A stretch of 64,000 nt of DNA, taken from NCBI GenBank assembly GCA_035221665.1, contig CM069174.1:9672001-9736000 (forward strand). The letters are read 5' to 3'. The notes under the pieces were generated by a model. The model made no database searches. It worked only from the letters and a program-made list of their open reading frames with translations, and had not been told where the DNA came from. Positions 51,365 through 63,100 of this stretch are shown here, in pieces (within the stretch, counting starts at the first letter, position 1; each line of letters begins with the position of its first letter). The position numbers and the translations under genes were made by a program. Origin of the DNA: Okamejei kenojei (taxonomy: Eukaryota).

Positions 51365-53951
51365 TTAAACTTTGATAAACTTGGCACTAGACTCACCTTC
51401 ATGTACGTATGTATACACATGCAGCTCATCATGCAGCTCATCATTTAAGTTTGCTGTAAACTCTGATATAGTCACTTTTGCACTTTTGCAAAAGTGCATT
51501 GAAAACTTCTGTTCATAGCACACAGATTTTTTTGAGATCATTGACTGCTTCTGTACAATCAAGTCACTTAGAGTATTTGTTTTCATGCTGGATCTCATTT
51601 CAGTCTTAGTTTTTGTGACAAAGCTGAAAATTCGCTCACACTCCGCATTGCTGTGAAAGATAACAAGGACTGACTTCATGAGTGTTGAGAGATGAGGATA
51701 TTTCTCATGCTGGGTGGATCCTTCATGTTTCCAATGAGATGCCACTGCTTGTCTACTCTTTGGCAAGTTGAGATTTCCTCTGGGAATTCTCTAACTGGAA
51801 AGAGATGAACTCTTTCTCTAGTTCATCCAACTTTCAGCTTGCTGAAGCCAAGCACTGCATTCTATGTGCAAACTTCACAGATGAGAATGTCATTGCTTCT
51901 CTCTTTTTAATGTCAGCAACCTCAGCATGCCTTAGGAGGTCATCAGATAGAGGAAACTTGGCTAGCATGTAATCTAATGCACGCTTGTAGAAGGCCCTCA
52001 CTTTGCTGAAGAACATGACCCTGTCTATGTCTTGATGGTCACTGAGAAATTCTCTGGCAGAATTACCAATGAATAGTTCATCATCAGTTCTTTGGTGATC
52101 CTTATTGCATATGGTACTTGAAGCAAAGAGTGCTGCTTGATTGACATAGGCTTAACTAGATAAGACATGAGTTTCCTTAGAGTGGACATCAGTGTCTGGT
52201 GAAGAACATGTATACAAGGATCATCTCTCTGCAGAAGAAGATTTGCTTCATCAAATACTGGGAAGAACAGTACTTAGAAATAAGCAGTACAGTTTGGTTG
52301 TTTTGTCATTCAGAGCCAGACATACTCTTTCAAGTCTTGATTTCCCAGCACTGAACATGCTGAAGCAGTCTTCTGTTGGGTAGGTTTTGAAGTAGCTTTC
52401 TTAGAAGAGTTACATGCAGAAGAAGAGGATGATCCAATCAATGGCTTTTGTGCTGTTTTGGATGTAAGATCTGTCTCAGATTTTTTTGTTAGACTCTTCT
52501 GTGATACTGTTTGAGGTACATGGTTTGTGCATCTGTCCTGCCACAGCTACTGATGATTTCAGTTTAGATGATGGTGCCTGACTATCAGACTTTTGTGTCA
52601 TAGACTTCAAAGTTGGTATCTTGAACTGTTTGAGAAAGGCAGAAGAAGATGAAGATGATCCACACAACATATTTGATTTAGTCTTTGATGGAGCAGATGG
52701 CCAAGAACTAGATGTACCTGTTCTTTTCTCTGCACAAGATGATTTAGGGTGGGCAGACTGAGTTAACAGAGGCTTCTTGGCACCACCTGTAGCTGATTTG
52801 GCTTGGATGTTGCATTCACGGTAGTTTGTGACTGACCCGTTTTCAAAATGTTTTCATGACAGGAGGATCTCCACTACCCTTCCTCTTTTGTGCTGTTGGC
52901 TTCTTCTTACCACCCTGCTGTAATTCGCTATTGAAGAAATCCGTCAAAGCTGGCCACAACATCAAAATCCTGTCAATGCATGTTTTCAGTGACAACCACC
53001 TTGTGCTCACATGTTTGAGGATTTTTCTTACCTCTGTGTTGTGCAGGCACTGAAAGTCTCTCAGTACAGCCTTTCTCTTGCTACTTTTGTCGAGATAGTA
53101 ATATATATCTATCAATGTCTCTTCAACATGGATGGGCAGTTCACTTTCTGCCTTCTCAGCTGCCAAGTGCAATAGATGACATGCACATCCAACGATATAC
53201 ATGTTTGGATTTACTTTCAGGAGATGCGAGGCTAGTCCGGTCTTGAGACCCTGCATAACATTGCATTGTCTGCTCCAAATGAAAGACAGTTATTCCAGGT
53301 GTTTCTCTTTGTCAGCTCTTCATCCAGCAACTGAAAAATTTGGGCAGCAGTCGACTCTCTGCACTCGGCATACAAAGTAACACAGTAGATACACCACCCT
53401 TTGAGTTATCAAAATAACGTACAACAAGGGGGTAGAGTTTAACATCATCCATATCACTACTCATCAGTAGCTAAACTGTACGGTCCACTTATCATAGCTT
53501 CTGTTATTTCTTTTTCGGTGTCTCTCGCTAAGGTTTGGACAATTGATTTAGTCTTTGTCTGTCCGCAATGGAAATCTTTGGCTACTGGATTGTTGGGAAA
53601 CATCTTGCGAAGCAAAGGACCCATGTGGTCAGCTACGGCAAAAGGCAAATTATGTTCTACAACAAACTTGTAAATAATACTTCAGCATTAATGACACTGA
53701 AATCTTGTGAGAAGCTCGAAAATGATGTCAACTTTGGTATTTTTTGGACACTGCAACTGCTTACAATGCTTAGCAGAGTTCACATGTTTCACACAGTCAC
53801 CTCGTCCTGCATGACTAATCACAAAATCGGCACCACAAATACTGCAATGTGCTTTAAATTCACTTACTCTGCTGGGTCCAAGACATGGAAACTCCTCCCC
53901 ATATCTACGTAGATAACGTTGGTACTGCTTTGCTTTTTTAGATGAAGCCAT
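51365..53951 (-). pseudogene. hAT transposase with frameshifts and stops
   Basis: N-terminal Zn finger CSIC...H...H; SLATDE (first D); GADNA (second D); CACH; STRWLS; HSNAECERIFS (catalytic E, dimerization domain). Confidence 0.92.
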
Positions 53952-54174
53952 CTTTATAAAATGTTGAATCTAACTTCCATTTGCAAAGCTACTTGTACTC
54001 ACAAGTGACAGTCGACAGTACTGTTTGGATCTGGATTGTGTTGTAACCCCGCCGGACGCCGCCACTGACGCGTTAAATTTGGGTCGTCGAGGCAAGATCG
54101 TGTTGCAGAGTCAATGAGTAATGCATGTCTCTGGGCCGGCGTGGCGTGGCTCGAAATGGCGCCAGGCCCGCAAA

Positions 54175-54298
54175 CCCTCCCCCACTGCGCACGCGCGGCC
54201 ACTGGGGCCCGGCAACCCTCCCCCACTGCGCACGCGCGGCCACTGGGGCCCGGGCAACCCTCCCCCACTGCGCACGCGCGGCCACTAGGGCCCGGCAA
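54175..54298. repeat. Three tandem ~41-bp GC-rich units in the transposon 5' subterminal region
   Basis: ccctcccccactgcgcacgcgcggccact(g/a)gggcccgg x3. Confidence 0.9.
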
Positions 54299-55689
54299 AG
54301 TGCCGCTGATCGCGCGGGCGGCAAACCGGGGACAAACGACGCCGGCGTTCTCCACGGGAGGAAGAATTTTGCGGGATAATTAGGGTAAAAAGCGGGATGG
54401 CGGGAAGGGCACCTAAAAAGCGGGAATATCCCGCCAAAAGCGGGATAGTTGGGAGGTCTGCAAGTTGTTTATTTTACACATAATCTTGCTTCTTGGGGTG
54501 GCTTTAATCTAATTTTACGTTGCGAAAATGTGATTTGGGTCCCATACGAATCTATCCCTTTCAAATTCACTGCAAATGCAACGTTCCAATCCAGAAACAC
54601 GCTCTCGCAAGATGATTAAAATTCTCTTTTTTTTTTTGGACAATCATGTCATAAGAACGTCTATATTTTGTGTAATTGTATAATCAATATTTTTATACTA
54701 AATATACACAACAGCTTTAGCCACATTTATTGTGCAAAAAATAATAATTTTGATTATATTGAAAGTTGATGTTTCTAGATTAATTTATGGGAATTTAAAC
54801 ATTAAATTCCTTCCATCTGGCATATGTTCATAGTGAGATTTAAAAAGCATGTGAATTCTTGTGTGAATGGGATTAGTTTGTTATTTGGATACTTAGGCTA
54901 TTTAAAACAATTATCCTTTTCTTAAGAAATTGAATATACAGGACATTGTTAATGGGAAAGTAGTGGGCAGAAAGGCATGTCATGCGTGGTTTGAAGAGCA
55001 AAAACTTGTAGTTTACAATGCCAAATTTGAAAAGTTGAGGAAAAACAAGGTGTACAGTTGCTTATTGGTTACAATCTGAGGAGTATGATGATGCTACTGA
55101 TTATGATATGCCAATGTACCAGCTAGCAACTAATCTGCTCCATAAAGATTTGGTCTAGTGCTAGAAATTGTAATTTATTTACCTATCTGTTACGGACATA
55201 CAGCATATAATACAATAATACTAAACTTCTGATCTTGAGAATATCACATTTTTTAATTTTCAAGGCAGTCTGGATGTTTATTACTATTTCCGTCACAACG
55301 GTCAATTTTGTAATTAACGACAATTAGGTAACTATCTAATTATATGCTTTAATTTCAGGTCATCCAAGTAAGATGTTTCATATTTGTTTCAAAATGCTTC
55401 AATCTATAATAACTGAAAATGTCATTCAGTTCTCTTAATTTTTTAAGAAAGTTATGGGCTTTTGACTGTCCTCGATCACAGCTTTTGAGTTAAGTCGATG
55501 GAAAAGCAATAGGGAACAAGATGCTAATTTCCGAGTATGAAAATGGCCATAACTTTTTAATACTGAAGATTTGAAAGTGAATAAGGTGTCAAATTAAACT
55601 TATTTTTATGCTTTATCTGATGTGATAAATTGCAGACTTGATTTTTTAAATCTCAAATTTTTGTAACATTAGTTAATGTTGGCCTATCC

Positions 55690-56500
55690 ACATGGGACGT
55701 GCACCCGCGCCTTCTGTTCAAAGACCATGACTACTTGAAACTCTGAGGGGGAGCCTGCACGCTGTTTCCCCAACACACGCTAGGATCTTCAGACTGGAAC
55801 ACTAACACTCATATTTAACCGTGTCCACAGAGTTTAGCCCTCTTGACTCTCCTTATGCAGGGCTCCACAATCCCGATAGTTGACCAGACGCAAACTTAAT
55901 CGATACCTTTTGACACGATGATTTAATATCCCTCATTATTTCCACCAATTTGCACCCAACCGACCCGCAGTTACTCAACCGATTCCTCTTTTTAAAAAAA
56001 CACTGGCACCACATCGGAAATTTTCCGCGCCTCTAGTCAAAATACGTATTCGACGCTGCACGGTTACTCCCCACCAAGATTGTAGGGGTCGAAAACAAAT
56101 GTTCCTTGCGTACCTATTGTTACCACAATTTATTTTCAAACGGAGCGAGTGCCTGTGTCGCGGGAGGGAACGCACACCATTGACGCCACGCTCGAGCGCC
56201 TGCCTGCTCCCGGGTGAAAGCTGATTGGCTGTTAACAATTGCGCGCGTTCGGCGCATGCTCCACCGCCCAAACAATGAAGCCGTTGCCGCGCGTTTGGGT
56301 CAAACCGCCAGAAAGCGCGAGGCGGGCGGTTGGGGCCGGGGCCGGCGACGACGACGACACACCTTGCGTGACTTGCTTCCCCCCTCCTTTGCTGAAACTG
56401 CCCCACAAACCAACCTCCCTTCCATTTACTCCATCTGCACCTCACGATGCCTCGGCAAGGCCAGCAGCACCCCCGTCACTCCCTCTTCTGTACCTCTTGC
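55690..56500. promoter_or_regulatory. CpG island / promoter-like region
   Basis: High CpG density; reverse CCAAT ctgattggct at 56221-56230; GC boxes gggcgg; gcgcatgc NRF1-like motif near 56252. Confidence 0.65.
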
Positions 56501-57830
56501 CCGATGGGAAAGGGGAGAAGTGTGAAACCGTACATCTCCAGATTCAGGGAGAGTTTCATCTCAGCTATTATCAGGCAACTGAACCATCCTCTCACCAACT
56601 AGAGAGCTGTCAGACCTCCCATCTACCTCATTGGAGACCCTTGGACGATCTTTGATCAGACTTTGCTGGCTTTACCTAGCAATGTTACAACATTTTGAGA
56701 TTTAAAAAAATCAAGTCTGCAATTTGTCCCATCAGATAAAGCATAAAAAGTTTAATTTGACACCTAATACATTTTCATATATTCAGTATTAAAAAACTGA
56801 TTTTCCTGATTTTCATACTCGGAAATTAGCATCTTGTTCCCTATTGCTTTTCCATTGACTTAACACAAAAGCTGTGATCGAGGACAGTCAAAAGCCCATA
56901 ACTTTCTTAAAAATTAAGAGAACTGAAATAAATTTTCAGTTATTATAGATTGAAGCATTCTGAAACAAATATGAAACAATCTTATTTGAATGATCTGAAA
57001 TTAAAGCATATAATTAGTTAGTTACCTAATTGTAGCTAATTACAAAATTCAATTACTAGATCTAAACATCTATCAATTTCTTAAGAAAAGGTTAACATTT
57101 TTAAATAGCCCAAGTGTCCAAATAACACTCACAAGAATTCACAATATAACATGATTTTTAAGTCTCATTGTCATGAATTTATAGGCCAAATGGAAGGAAT
57201 TTAGTGTTTAATTCCCATAAATTAATGGCCATTTAAATCATCTTGTGAGTGGGATTTTGTGGAACGCGATCGTTTGATACGTTGCATTTGCGGTGAATTT
57301 AAACCCCATATCAGCAGGAAAAATACTGCCGGTTCGTATGGGGCATAAGTCACCTTTTCGCAACATGAAATTTTGATTAAAGGCATCCTAAGAAGCACGT
57401 TTATATGGAAAAATAAACGGCGTACCTTGCTTTGTCCCGTATGTGAGATCCGCCCTGTTGTCGGCTTTAGAAGACACTTTTTAATTTACTCCTGCTATTA
57501 AATTATCCAGCGTAGTTTTAAAAAACTTCAGAGGACGTATGTCGGAGCGATTTTTCTTCAGCAACTAAACAGCCTGACAAAGATCGATTTGAACAGGCCG
57601 GAGAAAACAGCATTTTAAACCCGCCCCACTCTCAAAGGCGCCAAAGTCGCGCACATGGGCAGTGACAGAACTGCAGCGCCGCTTAAGGTAAGTTTTGTAA
57701 CATACCTATATCATGTATATGTACCCTGACTGGGTCGATTGTAATCATGTATTGTCTTTGCACTGCCTGGTTAGCACGCAACAAAAGTTTTCCATTGTAC
57801 CTCAGTACACATGACAATAAACTAAACTTA
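56500..57830 (+). mobile_element. Rex1/L2-type LINE 3' tail split by MITE copy 2
   Basis: ttatcaggcaactgaacc...ctttacc [MITE] tatcatgta...gattgtaatcatgtattgtcttt...tgacaataaactaaact. Confidence 0.65.
56677..57708 (-). mobile_element. hAT/Ac-like non-autonomous element (copy 2), inverted relative to copy 1
   Basis: TIR TAGCAATGTTACAA / TTGTAACATACCTA; reverse complement aligns with 50837-51160 plus 54461-55671. Confidence 0.82.
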
Positions 57831-57919
57831 AATAGCTGTACCAACAAATGGTTTATGTGACAATCAGTCTCCATTAACATTGGTCAAAGCAATAAATGTG
57901 CAGATGTGATAATATCGAT

Positions 57920-58218
57920 CATAGGAAATAGGTGCAGGAGTAGGCCATTCGGCCCTTCGAGCCTGCACTGCCATTCAATACGATCATGGCTGATCATCCA
58001 ACTCAGTATCCTGTACCTGCCTTCTCTTCATACCCATGATCCCTTTAGCCACAAGGGCCACATCTAACTCCCTCTTAAATATAGCCAATGAACTGACCTC
58101 AACTACCTCTGTGGCAGAGAATTCCACAGGCTCACCACTCTGTGTGAAAAAAGATCTTCTCATCTCGGTCCTAAAAGACTTCCCTCTTATCCTTAAACTG
58201 TGACCCCTTGTTCTGGAG
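57920..58218 (-). mobile_element. CR1 3' end
   Basis: [20 protein letters not shown]. Confidence 0.9.
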
Positions 58219-58365
58219 ATATAGGCAAGAGCAATGTAGCACTTCTCTGACACCACTTTCACAGCAACTTATAGGTTTCTGGGACACATGTAGAGCAAAC
58301 AATAGTATGCTGGGATGCGCGTGCACACACAGAGGAAAATGCAGTTACATATCAGTTTGATCACA

Positions 58366-59410
58366 CTGGTCCTTTTCACAATGGCAGGCAGTAACTAGTG
58401 GGGTACCGCAGGGCTCAGTGCTGGGACCCCAGCTATTTACAATATATATTAATGATCTGGATGAGGGAATTGAAGGCAATATCTCCAAGTTTGCGGATGA
58501 CACTAAGCTGGGGGGCAGTGTTCGCTGTGAGGAGGATGCTAGGAGACTGCAAGGTGACTTGGATAGGCTGGGTGAGTGGGCAAATGTTTGGCAGATGCAG
58601 TATAATGTGGATAAATGTGAGGTTATCCACTTTGGTGGCAAAACAGGAAAGCAGACTATTACTTAAATGGTGGCCGATTAGGAAAAGGGGAGATGCAGCG
58701 AGACCTGGGTGTCATGGTACACCAGTCATTGAAAGTAGGCATGCAGGTGCAGCAGGCAGTGAAAAAAGCGAATGTATGTTAGCTTTCATAGCAAAAGGAT
58801 TTGAGTACAGGAGCAGGGAGGTTCTACTTCAGTTGTACAGGGTCTTGGTGAGACCACACCTGGAGTATTGCGTGCAGTTTTGGTCTCCAAATCTGAGGAA
58901 GGACATTATTGCCATAGAGGGAGTGCAGAGAAGGTTCACCAGACTGATTCTGGATGTCAGGACTGTCTTATGAAGAAAGACTGGATAGACTTGGTTTATA
59001 CTCTCTGGAATTTAGGAGATTAAGAGGGGATCTTATAGAAACTTACAAAATTCTTAAGGGGTTGGACAGGCTAGATGCAGGAAGATTGTTCCCGATGTTG
59101 GGGAAGTCCAGGACAAGGGGTCACAGCTTAAGGATAAGGGGGAAATCCTTAAGACCGAGATGAGAAAGACTTTCTTCACACAGAGAGTGGTGAGTCTCTG
59201 GAACTCTCTGCCACAGAGGGTAGTTGAGGCCAGTTCATTGGCTATATTTAAGAGTGAGTTGGATGTGGCCCTTGTGGCTAAGGGGATCAGAGGGTATGGA
59301 GAGAAGGCAGGTACGGGATACTGAGTTGGATGATCAGCCATGATATATTGAATGGCGGTGCAGGCTCGAAGGGCTGAATGGCCTACTCCTGCACCTAATT
59401 TCTATGGTTC
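58366..59410 (+). mobile_element. Young CR1 LINE with 18-bp TSD
   Basis: RT motifs; catatcagtttgatcaca at 58348-58365 and 59411-59428. Confidence 0.95.
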
Positions 59411-60166
59411 CATATCAGTTTGATCACAATGCGGTTGAACTGATTATCAGGTGGATTTTCCCCAATTTCACTCAACTAAACCATTACATTACCAAAATGA
59501 GAATAGTCTTCACAATTTTACTCGTAATTTTCCAAAGAGGGCTATTTTACTTGTCACATTAAAGTAAAGCTTAAAGCTGAAAGTTCCTTTTATATTTTTA
59601 ATTTACCTCAAGCATCAATTAAGACATGTTCTAAAAGCCAATTCAAAACAAGATAGCAGCTTCTGTTTCACGATTCAAATTCTTATTCCTCTCTTATCTC
59701 CTATTAGAAACTACCTCTAGATGATACATGTTACAATTGTAATTCATTATTGGAAATCACAAGGTGAAATCCATATCCATGTCAAGAACCACTGTACCAG
59801 AAACTGATCACGTGCAGTATTCTATTTGAATCCATTAAAACAATAATAATCAAGTCATTGCATTTTAATCACTTTTATTTCCTTATAGAAATAAATTACA
59901 ATTTTCCCCATTCACATTTTCAGCATTTAAGTCGACAGTATTCCTGCTATTAGTCTAAAGAGGCTGCACTTAATGATAATTCACACATTAATAAGACGCC
60001 ATAATATTTTGAACAGAAATAAAAATGTTTCCATTTATTGATACATACTACAGACCAACCCCAAAAAAACGTTTCTAACCTCTTGCAAAATGCAGACCGA
60101 TTTAAATGAGGAATGTTGTCTCTTTAAAAAGATACAGTTCATGTTACAGTTTAGGAGTACACTTAC

Positions 60167-63100
60167 TTTATCTGTTTCTCTATTTTCACTACAAGTGTAC
60201 AACAAAGGACAAGATAAACAACAGTATTACCTGACCATACAGCACTTTTACACAATTCGTCCAGTATAACAAATAGCTTTAACAACTCACCTTGAACTGA
60301 ATCAGTAAACACATTACTGCACTTAAAGATATAACCTGGGTCTTCACATCTAAATCCCAGGACGAAAGAGGAAAACAAAATGAACTTCACTAAAATAGAA
60401 GCCACATTGGCTTTTACTCTACATTTCTATTTCTTAGTTCAAGGGATCTATGGTCATGTTATTTAATTCAGTTATTAGCTCATCCTTCAGATTTAAGCCA
60501 ACATACTGCTATTTGGTGGACCAGGTGAATCAGATTGCTGCTTGTACTTATTTACATTATAAGTATCATAAGACTATAGGTTTTCTGCAACAAAATAATC
60601 TATTAATATATTTCTTTAAGTTTATCCAAATAAAATAACGAGTCTCTATTTCTACATGTAGTTCACTAGAAAGAAGCTATATTAAAAATTTGTGCCTGCA
60701 CTTTTTCTTAAATTCAGTAAGGATATATTTTTATTTTCTTTTGGTATGTATTACATTCAAAATCATAAAATCATGACAATTGCTTGCTTGGTTAGCAGTG
60801 TTTCTCCAGGAAATCAGACAAAAACAAATGTCCTACATGTGTGACAGAACAGCAATGAATTCTGCAGGAGTGAACTGAAGTATGTGAAATGAGTTACACC
60901 ATCAGAATGGAGAGATTGGTTTATTTTATTGCCGGTGCCCTCAACAGCCTACAATCAGCACAGGTTTTAAAACTTATAAGATCAATCGGAGGACGATTGC
61001 AATATATCAGGCATTGGTTAGGCCTGATGAATGGTACCTTGAGGAGCAGAAACAAGCTAACTTACACCAAAGCATCATCGTTTCATCCTCCCTCCTCCTC
61101 CTTCTCTTCATTCTCCTCCTCCCCTATTCCCTTTTGAAAACACATTCAGACATCAGCATGTTTGCTTTCAGAGTTCAGGGATATACAGTAATCCAAACGA
61201 ATAAACCACCTCAGTTGGCTGTGGATATTAGTATTCAGCAGCCGCTTCATGATTATCCACAATTTATTAATTTGGATCTCGTTTGGATTGAATTACAGTC
61301 ATGACACTTACCCAAGGATCACATCCAAACAAATGGCAAAGGGTCGAATGTACATTTTAAAGTTTATTCTATTTAATGATTTACTGGTACTATTCCACAG
61401 CACTAAGTATAAATAAAAATGCTTTGTGTATTGTTATATTATTGCACTGAATCTTCCATCGACTCGAAAGAATTGATTAAAGAAACAGTTAATAAAATTG
61501 TCAGTGGCAATGTTTTCTTGCAATTTTAATTGTTAAGTCAGGAGACTTTATACATGCTTTTGGAGGAAGCAGCTTAAATCAACGTACACGATAAGATGCA
61601 TTTCATGATTTTGCATTTCATTTAGCATATCTTTGCAAGTAAATTTTGGAAAATATTATTTTCTAATTAGAGACAAGGAACTACAGATGTTGGAATCTAG
61701 GGCAAAACAGAATTAGTTTCAAGAATGGTCTCGACTCGAAACATCGCATGTCCATTCCCTTCATAAATAGTGCCTGAACATCTGAGTTCCTCCAGCACTT
61801 TGAGTTTTGCTCTTTTCTAATTAGATAATTTCTAATTATAATTACAGCATTTTAGGATTTCAAATAATTATTCCCTCATGCAAATTACTTATAACTGGAG
61901 AAAAATCATGCAATTGGTAATCATGTGTTTTGCGTCCCCTCCTCAAGGGTCTTAATAGGAATATTACTGCTAGCAGGCTGATGAAGGGTACAAATGACAA
62001 AGGCCTCTCCAAACTATTAGTAAGGAAGTAGAGAACATTTTTAAAATAACTGGCCATGTGGTATGTTAGTAGTGATTTTAGTTTGTACAGTATATTGCAC
62101 AGCAAGTTGCTTTATTACTTTGTACGGTAACATTTAGTGATCAAGATACATGTAAACATATTTGATAGTCAGAATTCTTTCATGCAGAGACATGAAAACA
62201 TATTGAAGTGTAGAAATCATTAAACAGCACTAATAATCACAATAATTGTGATAAGTACATAACAACCTAATTAATTATTTCAATCTATATATCAAACATC
62301 TCAAATTATATGCTGGTTAGAGATGAAAACCTTTCAAAGGTTACGTTTTGTCAGTCAGGCTTTGTATTACAAAACTGAAAATTTTAAAAATATGCAAAAT
62401 TACACTGACTTTCTTCCAAGAATTTAAATGTATTAACTTCTGGCCAATCTAATTGCAACAACAACAAAAAAAAATCAAAATTAAAATTAAATTTAAAAAT
62501 TTGGACTTTTCTTTGAAAGGCCTTATTGGGGTTCTGAGTACTTAAAATGACAATGTGCTGCCTTCAATTTGTTTGTTTCCAAGGATCTTCCATGAAGTAT
62601 TGCGAATATCCAATTGCAAGTCTTTCTATTTTGGCTCTTCCCTGAGTCAATTACAACTTCATCCCTCTTTGTCAAGGTTTGGATTTAATCCTAAGAAATA
62701 AACAAAAAACTCAGCATTTCTATTATGTCAAAGAAAAGGATAGTTCAGAGTACTTTGAAAAAGAGTAAGAACATTGAGAAATTGGGGTGGGAGCTGAAAG
62801 GGATGAAGACATGATTAGAGGTTTATTTTTAAAAAGCACACACTTGAAGGTAGAGAGATAGCAATGCAAAATACCTTTAAAGGAGATGCCGGGGACATAA
62901 GCATGGCCTGTAATAACCATTTTAGCTTGTTCGGATATACTTAACATTAACAGACTTAATAACTTAAACCAACAGAAATAGTTGTTGAAAGACTAAAAAC
63001 TAAAAAAGTTTTTAAAACAAAATTATCTAAACCTAAATCAAGAGAAGCATGGTACCAACAATTCTTATTTAAAGTTGAAATGATCCCATAGTATTTCATT

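Larger units (their letters stand above)
51169..54460 (-). mobile_element. Full-length but decayed hAT transposon (3.3 kb), 6-bp TSD
   Basis: 13-bp TIR CAGACCTCCCAAC / GTTGGGAGGTCTG; flanks caagtc / caagtt; subterminal gcggga repeats. Confidence 0.92.
50837..55671 (+). mobile_element. hAT/Ac-like non-autonomous element (copy 1), split by a nested hAT transposon
   Basis: Ends TAGCGATGTTATAA...TTGTAACATTA; flanks ggttaatg / gttaatg (7 bp match); colinear with inverted copy 56677-57708. Confidence 0.8.

Noticed and set aside
54175-54298. Regular direct repeats suggestive of a CRISPR array
   Set aside because: Head-to-tail units without unique spacers, inside a eukaryotic transposon
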